A stretch of 64,000 nucleotides of DNA, from assembly GCA_951812955.1 (NCBI GenBank), contig OX638340.1, positions 3,749,437 to 3,813,436 of the forward strand. Direction: 5' to 3'. This stretch comes from an uncultured Gemmatimonadota bacterium. Its GTDB lineage: Bacteria > JAAXHH01. Numbering within the stretch: the first letter of the stretch is position 1; each line of letters starts with the position of its first letter. A model generated the notes under the pieces. That model saw only the letters and a program-made list of their open reading frames with translations. It was not told the DNA's origin and ran no database searches. This document shows positions 58,681-64,000 of this stretch, one piece after another. Both the position numbers and the translations under genes were made by a program.

Positions 58681-59498
58681 TGAGCGATTCGAAGGCCGCA
58701 TCGGCGGAATCTGCGCCGGGACCGCCGAATGAGACAAGACTCCGGATTGACCCGAGGTACCTGTCCTCCGGCCTGATCACCCTGATCCTGGTCTTCGGCC
58801 AGGTATACGTGGGTTTCCTCCACGACCTGTCGCAGCTCTTAACGGCGATCACCGTGGCCCTGGCGGCGGAACTGGCCCTTGGCCGCCTGCTGACCGGGAA
58901 GTGGCTCAACCCCGCCAGCGCGTATATCACCGGGATCAGCTGCGGCATTCTACTCAGATCGCTCTCTCTCTGGCCCTTCGCGGTCGCAAGCCTGCTGTCC
59001 ATCATGTCGAAGTACGTGCTGCGCTTCCGGGGACGCCACCTGTGGAACCCATCGAACCTGGGCATCTGCGTGGTGCTCTTCGCAGCGCCCGGGACCGTGG
59101 CCGCCCTGAGCGAACAGTGGGGCAACGACCTGTGGGCCATGGGCGTTATCTGGTTGCTGGGTTCCGTCATCCTCTGGCGTGCGAAACGCTTCCACGTCAC
59201 GTTGACCTACGCTGTGTCCTTCGTCGCGCTGGCTTACGTGCGATCCCTGATGACCGGGACGCCTTTTCTTTCCGAGGTCGCGCCCATTACCGGCCCCATG
59301 TACCAGCTCATGGCGTTTTTCATGGTCACCGATCCAGCCACCTCCGTCTCCTCGCGCGGCGGACGGATCGGCATCGCCTTCCTCGTGGCGCTGGCGGAGA
59401 TGGCGCTGCGGCTGTTTGAGATCGTCAACGCACCGCTGTATGCCCTGTTCCTGGTGGGACCGGTGGCGAAATTCGTGGATCTCAAACGATCGGGTTGA
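58677..59498 (+). CDS. Integral membrane protein (enediyne biosynthesis UnbU-like)
   Basis: Overlaps the upstream stop (ATGA). About 270 aa, 6-8 transmembrane segments. Commonly paired with UnbV/CRTAC1 genes. Confidence 0.5.
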   Translation: MMSDSKAASAESAPGPPNETRLRIDPRYLSSGLITLILVFGQVYVGFLHDLSQLLTAITVALAAELALGRLLTGKWLNPASAYITGISCGILLRSLSLWPFAVASLLSIMSKYVLRFRGRHLWNPSNLGICVVLFAAPGTVAALSEQWGNDLWAMGVIWLLGSVILWRAKRFHVTLTYAVSFVALAYVRSLMTGTPFLSEVAPITGPMYQLMAFFMVTDPATSVSSRGGRIGIAFLVALAEMALRLFEIVNAPLYALFLVGPVAKFVDLKRSG

Positions 59499-59600
59499 CC
59501 GCCGTATCGTTTCAGGAGAACACCATGGCACCGGGTAACCTCGAAACAGCCCGGACCGGGATTTCACGGAACTGTTGTATCATTGATTTGGAGGTCGACC

Positions 59601-60614
59601 ATGACGCTGAGGGTAGGCATCATCGGGGTGGGCGGCATTGCGCACTGTCACGGCAGGGCGGCCCAGGAGGCACCCGAAGCGGAACTCGCGGCGATCTGCG
59701 ACGTCTCCGGGGACGCACTGGAACGATTCGGTGAGAGATTCGGCGTGTCCCGTCGTTACACCGACCTGGACCGCATGTTGAACGAGGAAGAAATCGATAT
59801 CCTGGCAGTCTGTACCTGGGGGAACTCCCACGCCGACATCAGCATCCAGGCCGCGCGGACGGGCCGGGTCAAGGCCATTCTGTGCGAAAAGCCTATCAGT
59901 TCGACGGCGGCCGAATGCGAGGCCATGATCGAAGCGGCGCGGGAACACGGCGTACTGCTGGCCGAAGCCTTCAAGTTCCGCCATCATCCCTGCCATCTGA
60001 AAGCGAAGGAACTCATCGAAGCCGGTGAAATCGGCCAGGTCAAGCTGATCCGCAGCACGTTCACAGCCGCCGTGGATCCGAGTTACCTGAGGCCGGACCA
60101 CAACTGGCGGTTCAACCAGGAAAAGCGGGGCGGGGCCCCCTACGACCTGGGCTGTTACTGCATACACCACGCCCGGTTCATCGCGGGAAGCGAACCGGAA
60201 CAGGTCCATGCGCGCGGCTATTACGGCCGGCAGTCCCGGGTGCCGGAGTCCGTGGCGGTGCAGCTCGAGTTTCCCGGCGAGATCAGCGCGCAGTGCGCCT
60301 TTTCCTTCCGCTACCACGGATCCCAGGAATTCGAAATATACGGGACCGGCGGATATATGCGGATGGACATGGCCTGGAACAATGAAGATCATCCGGTGGC
60401 GCTGGAAATCAGGAAAAACGATGGTGAGAAAAGAACCATCCGATTCGCTCCGGCATACCAATTCACCGACCAGTTGCGGCATCTGTGCGATTGCATCGAA
60501 ACGGGACGGCCGCACCGGATTCCCGCGGAGAACAGCCTGGGCAACATGCGGGTGATCGACGCCGTGCACGCGTCCATCGACTCGGGAGAACCCGTGGATC
60601 TGAATCCCGGCTAG
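59601..60614 (+). CDS. Gfo/Idh/MocA family oxidoreductase
   Basis: MTLRVGIIGVGGIA Rossmann, EKP motif (LCEKPIS). GGAGG SD upstream. Confidence 0.8.
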   Translation: MTLRVGIIGVGGIAHCHGRAAQEAPEAELAAICDVSGDALERFGERFGVSRRYTDLDRMLNEEEIDILAVCTWGNSHADISIQAARTGRVKAILCEKPISSTAAECEAMIEAAREHGVLLAEAFKFRHHPCHLKAKELIEAGEIGQVKLIRSTFTAAVDPSYLRPDHNWRFNQEKRGGAPYDLGCYCIHHARFIAGSEPEQVHARGYYGRQSRVPESVAVQLEFPGEISAQCAFSFRYHGSQEFEIYGTGGYMRMDMAWNNEDHPVALEIRKNDGEKRTIRFAPAYQFTDQLRHLCDCIETGRPHRIPAENSLGNMRVIDAVHASIDSGEPVDLNPG

Positions 60615-60698
60615 TCCCCAGACTCACATCCTGTTGGAACCAGTGCCCCTTCTGACTCATATCACATAGGACAACACGGCTCATTTTCAAGGAGGAAC

Positions 60699-61121
60699 AT
60701 GATGCTCAGGAATATCCTGGCGGCCATCGCCGGCTACATTGCCATGGCCGCCGTGCTCTTCGCACTCTTCTCGCTTCTGTGGGTGACGGTGGGGCCCTCG
60801 CGCGCCTTCCAGCCTGATTCTTGGGTGGTATCCGGCAGCTGGGCACTCGGCTCGTTCGTGCTCGGGCTCGCTGCGGCGTACATCGGCGGACGAGTCTGTG
60901 CCAGGATGGCGCACGATGCCAGGGCCGCCACGATTCTGATCGCCATGGTGATTGTACTAGGGGTGGTGAGGGCCCTGATGCCGGTGGCGATCCCGGCGGA
61001 ACCGCGCCCTGACGACGTGTCGATGATGGAGGCGACCGCGGGTGCCCTCCACCCGGCATGGTTCAACTGGCTCAATCCGCTGATCGGGGCCGTGGGCGTC
61101 TGGTTCGGATCGAGAAAGTAG
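60699..61121 (+). CDS. Small membrane protein of unknown function (4 predicted TM)
   Basis: 140 aa, hydrophobic; strong AGGAGG SD. Confidence 0.5.
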   Translation: MMLRNILAAIAGYIAMAAVLFALFSLLWVTVGPSRAFQPDSWVVSGSWALGSFVLGLAAAYIGGRVCARMAHDARAATILIAMVIVLGVVRALMPVAIPAEPRPDDVSMMEATAGALHPAWFNWLNPLIGAVGVWFGSRK

Positions 61122-61439
61122 AGCGCCTGGCAGCCCATTCCCGGGCAGCAGGAGTTCGGGTCCGTCACCTTCCGCTGATGGTACCTTGCAGCGGGAATCT
61201 ATCGGGCGCTCGAAGGTTGCGCTCCGGATTGTTTCGAATATGGAAGATTTGATTAAAAAGTCTTGATGTACCATGGGCCGTTTTCCTATGGTCACTGTAG
61301 GACATGGTTGTAACTTTCGTATTATGATTCCCTATCAGTACCTGAAACGGGATGTTCAAGCTCTATTGTCGGGAATTGGTTTTTGACAGGATAACCGCGG
61401 TCGATCCACTGGACCCGGATACTTGGAGCTACTCGAGCC

Positions 61440-62543
61440 ATGAACCTGGAAGAAATGACCCTGGGCGTTGAAGAAGAGTACCAGATCATCGACCCCGAAT
61501 CGCGAGAGCTGACTTCCTATATCTCCGAGTTTCTTGAAAAGGGGAAGCGGGTTTTTCGCGACCAGGTCAAGCCGGAATTCCTTCAGTCGCAGGTGGAGAT
61601 GGGGACGGATGTGTGCCGGGACATCAAGGAGGTGCGCCGCGAGGTGACCCGTCTCAGGAGCATGGTCTGCGAGATCGCGGAAAAGAGCGGTCACCTGATC
61701 GTGGCCGCCGGCACCCATCCCTTCTCCCGTTGGCAGGAGCAGGAAATCACCGAAAAGGACCGGTACCGGAGCCTGGTCGCCGACCTGCAGTACGTCGCCC
61801 GCCGCCTGCTGATCTTCGGCATGCATATCCACGTCGGCATACCCGACCGGGAACTGCGTATCGATACGATGAACCAGATCAGCTACTTCATGCCCCATAT
61901 TCTGGCGCTTTCCTCCTCCTCGCCCTTCTGGATGGGCGACAACACGGGACTTAAGTCCTATCGGAGCATCGTGTTTTCCGAATTGCCCAGAACCGGCATA
62001 CCCGACCGTTTCGACTCGGCGGCCGAGTACGACCATTTCGTCCGGACGATGATCAAAACCGGGTGCATGGACGAACCCACCAAGATCTGGTGGGACGTGC
62101 GGCCCCATCCCCGTTTTCCTACAATCGAACTGCGCATCTGCGACTGCACTACCCGGATCGACGAAGTAGTGGCCATCGTGGCGCTAGTCAGGGCGGTCGT
62201 GGCCAAGCTCATTACCTTGCGCCGCGAGAACCAGTCGTGGCGCTACTACCGGCGCGACCTGGTGGCGGAGAACAAGTGGCGTGCGATCAAGGACGGGCTC
62301 GGCGGGAACCTGGTGGACTTCGGCAAGGAAGAGGAAGTGCCCGTACAGAATCTCATCGAGGAATTGCTGGAAATCCTGGACGACGTAGTGGATCCCCTCG
62401 GCGTCCGTGAAGAGATCGAGTACATTCGCGTCATGCTCGAGCAGGGAAGCAGCGCGGACCGTCAGATCAGGACCCATGCACGTACGGGCGATTTGAAGGC
62501 GGTCGTAGATCAACTCGCCGAGGAGACGGTGATGGGACTGTGA
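61440..62543 (+). CDS. ybdK: Carboxylate-amine ligase YbdK (glutamate-cysteine ligase family 2)
   Basis: MTLGVEEEYQIID... GCS2 signature, 367 aa. Confidence 0.85.
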   Translation: MNLEEMTLGVEEEYQIIDPESRELTSYISEFLEKGKRVFRDQVKPEFLQSQVEMGTDVCRDIKEVRREVTRLRSMVCEIAEKSGHLIVAAGTHPFSRWQEQEITEKDRYRSLVADLQYVARRLLIFGMHIHVGIPDRELRIDTMNQISYFMPHILALSSSSPFWMGDNTGLKSYRSIVFSELPRTGIPDRFDSAAEYDHFVRTMIKTGCMDEPTKIWWDVRPHPRFPTIELRICDCTTRIDEVVAIVALVRAVVAKLITLRRENQSWRYYRRDLVAENKWRAIKDGLGGNLVDFGKEEEVPVQNLIEELLEILDDVVDPLGVREEIEYIRVMLEQGSSADRQIRTHARTGDLKAVVDQLAEETVMGL

Positions 62544-62653
62544 TGGAGATTGAGACGCATGTCCAATTCCAACGGTGTCGAACCCAACAGGTCAACATAC
62601 TGTAAATAAGCAGATTAACGAGAAGAAAAACTTCCGAAGAACGAGAGGGCAAC

Positions 62654-64000
62654 GTGCCATCTCAGTCCAGACCGAACATCCTGTGGATATCCTTCGAAGA
62701 CACGGGTCCATATTACGGCTGCTATGGCGATCCGGTGGCCCGCACGCCAAACGTGGACCGTTTCGCGGCCGAGGGTTGCCGGTGGTCCCATTGCTATTCC
62801 ACATCCGGGGTCTGCGCCCCGGCCCGTTCGGCGATCATCACCGGGATGTACGCCACCTCCATCGGCACGCACCACATGCGGACCACCCACGTGCATGAAG
62901 ATACCCCTGAAATGCCCACGCCCTATTCCGCGGTCCCGCCCCATTACGTCAAGTGCTTCACCGAGTACCTGCGGGCGGCGGGCTATTACTGCACGAACAA
63001 CTTCAAGACCGACTACCAGTTCGAGCCGCCGCTGACGGCCTGGGACGAGCAAGGAAAGGACGCCCACTGGCGCAACCGTCCCGATCCGGACCAGCCCTTT
63101 TTCGCGGTCTTCAATCTCATGCGCAGTCACGAAAGCGGGATGTGGCCTGAGAAGTGCCCGTCGCCCGAGTTTGATCCCGATACCATCAAGCCGCCACCCC
63201 ACCTGCCCGACACGCCGAAAGTCAGAACGGCCCTGGCCCGCATGTACACCCATATCACTCATAACGACCGGGAATTCGGCGCCATGCTCGCCGAGCTGGA
63301 AAAGGACGGTCTCGCCGACAATACGTATGTTTTCAACTGGAGCGACCACGGCCCCCTGCCCCGCGGCAAGCGCTGGCCCTACGACGCGGGGATTCATGTA
63401 CCGTTGATCGCCCGTGGGCCGGACCTGGAAGGAGGTCAGGTTCGCGATGACCTGGTGAGTACGATCGATCTGGGACCCACCATGCTGTCCCTGGCCGGCG
63501 TCGAGATCCCGCACCATTTCCAGGGACGCGCGTTTCTCGGGAATCAGGCACGGGACCCGCGCGAATACATCTTCGCGAGCCGGGACCGCCACGACGTGTC
63601 CTACGACATGGTCCGGGCCGTTCGGGACAGGCGGTACAAGTATATCCGAAACTTCCGGCCGGACCTCCCGTACCTTTCCTGGTTACCCTATCGAAATCGC
63701 CATCCCATCATGCAGGAAATCTGGCGTTTGCGTATGGAAGACAGACTGGACGAGGCGCAGTCGGCCCTGTTCCGGTATCCCAGGCCGGTGGAGGAACTCT
63801 ACGACACGGAGGCGGACCCCCATGAAATCCGCAACCTGGCCGCAGATCACCGTGTGAGGAGCGACCTGGAGCGGATGCGTATTGCCCTCGATGCCTGGAT
63901 CGAAGAGGTCGGGGACATGGGTCGCATACCGGAAAGCGAAATGGTCCGGAACTGGTATCCGGAGGGCCGGCAACCCGAAACCGCCCCGGTAATCGCCGTA
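62654..64000 (+). CDS. Formylglycine-dependent sulfatase (3'-truncated by window end)
   Basis: GTG start after GAGAGG SD. PNILWISFEDTG, CxPxR motif GVCAPARSAIITGMY. Open to the end of the window; not in the ORF track because no stop is reached. Confidence 0.8.
   Translation, partial: MPSQSRPNILWISFEDTGPYYGCYGDPVARTPNVDRFAAEGCRWSHCYSTSGVCAPARSAIITGMYATSIGTHHMRTTHVHEDTPEMPTPYSAVPPHYVKCFTEYLRAAGYYCTNNFKTDYQFEPPLTAWDEQGKDAHWRNRPDPDQPFFAVFNLMRSHESGMWPEKCPSPEFDPDTIKPPPHLPDTPKVRTALARMYTHITHNDREFGAMLAELEKDGLADNTYVFNWSDHGPLPRGKRWPYDAGIHVPLIARGPDLEGGQVRDDLVSTIDLGPTMLSLAGVEIPHHFQGRAFLGNQARDPREYIFASRDRHDVSYDMVRAVRDRRYKYIRNFRPDLPYLSWLPYRNRHPIMQEIWRLRMEDRLDEAQSALFRYPRPVEELYDTEADPHEIRNLAADHRVRSDLERMRIALDAWIEEVGDMGRIPESEMVRNWYPEGRQPETAPVIAV

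Noticed and set aside
57160-58737. 525-aa minus-strand ORF inside the CRTAC1 gene
   Set aside because: Antisense shadow ORF.
62615-63592. 325-aa minus-strand ORF at the window end
   Set aside because: Antisense to the 3'-truncated sulfatase gene, which has clear CxPxR and N-terminal sulfatase motifs.

Overview
This is a 64 kb window of high-GC (about 65%) bacterial chromosome with dense gene packing and no rRNA, tRNA or CRISPR features. The first ~21 kb carries housekeeping genes: GH5 hydrolase, rdgB-rph, ptsN, purC, mfd, two SurA-like PPIases, holB, metG, a TatD-family hydrolase, rsmA, pdxJ and secDF. The rest is accessory and catabolic: three formylglycine-type sulfatases, three PhyH-family dioxygenases, four Gfo/Idh/MocA oxidoreductases, four SDRs, a sugar-phosphate isomerase, an HpcH aldolase, an enolase-superfamily enzyme and a DUF1611 protein. 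Interleaved with these are sdhCAB (single cytochrome b558-type subunit), hisD, hisI, uvrC, rpsT, pyrG, ybdK and a CRTAC1/UnbV plus UnbU-like pair. The most unusual locus is a ~1.55 kb low-GC insertion (about 27557-29104) at the 3' end of an SDR gene. It is bracketed by a ~65-70 bp imperfect direct duplication of that gene's 3' end, which looks like an integration signature. Its only sizeable ORFs are a 285-aa protein with an Rx4-6H motif in a HEPN-like helical context and a translationally coupled 60-aa four-cysteine zinc-ribbon-like ORF; this is a candidate uncharacterised two-gene toxin or defence module. Other notable items: a convergent pair of paralogous ~650-aa polytopic membrane proteins of unknown family; several degenerate tandem-repeat arrays in intergenic regions; a secD whose N-terminal transmembrane segment lies upstream of any canonical start codon; and repetitive low-complexity C-terminal tails on the S4-domain protein and holB. 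Internal start sites were computed by residue arithmetic from the ORF track. My by-eye base indexing showed occasional 1-nt inconsistencies at line breaks, so fine coordinates of repeats are approximate (about +/-2 nt).
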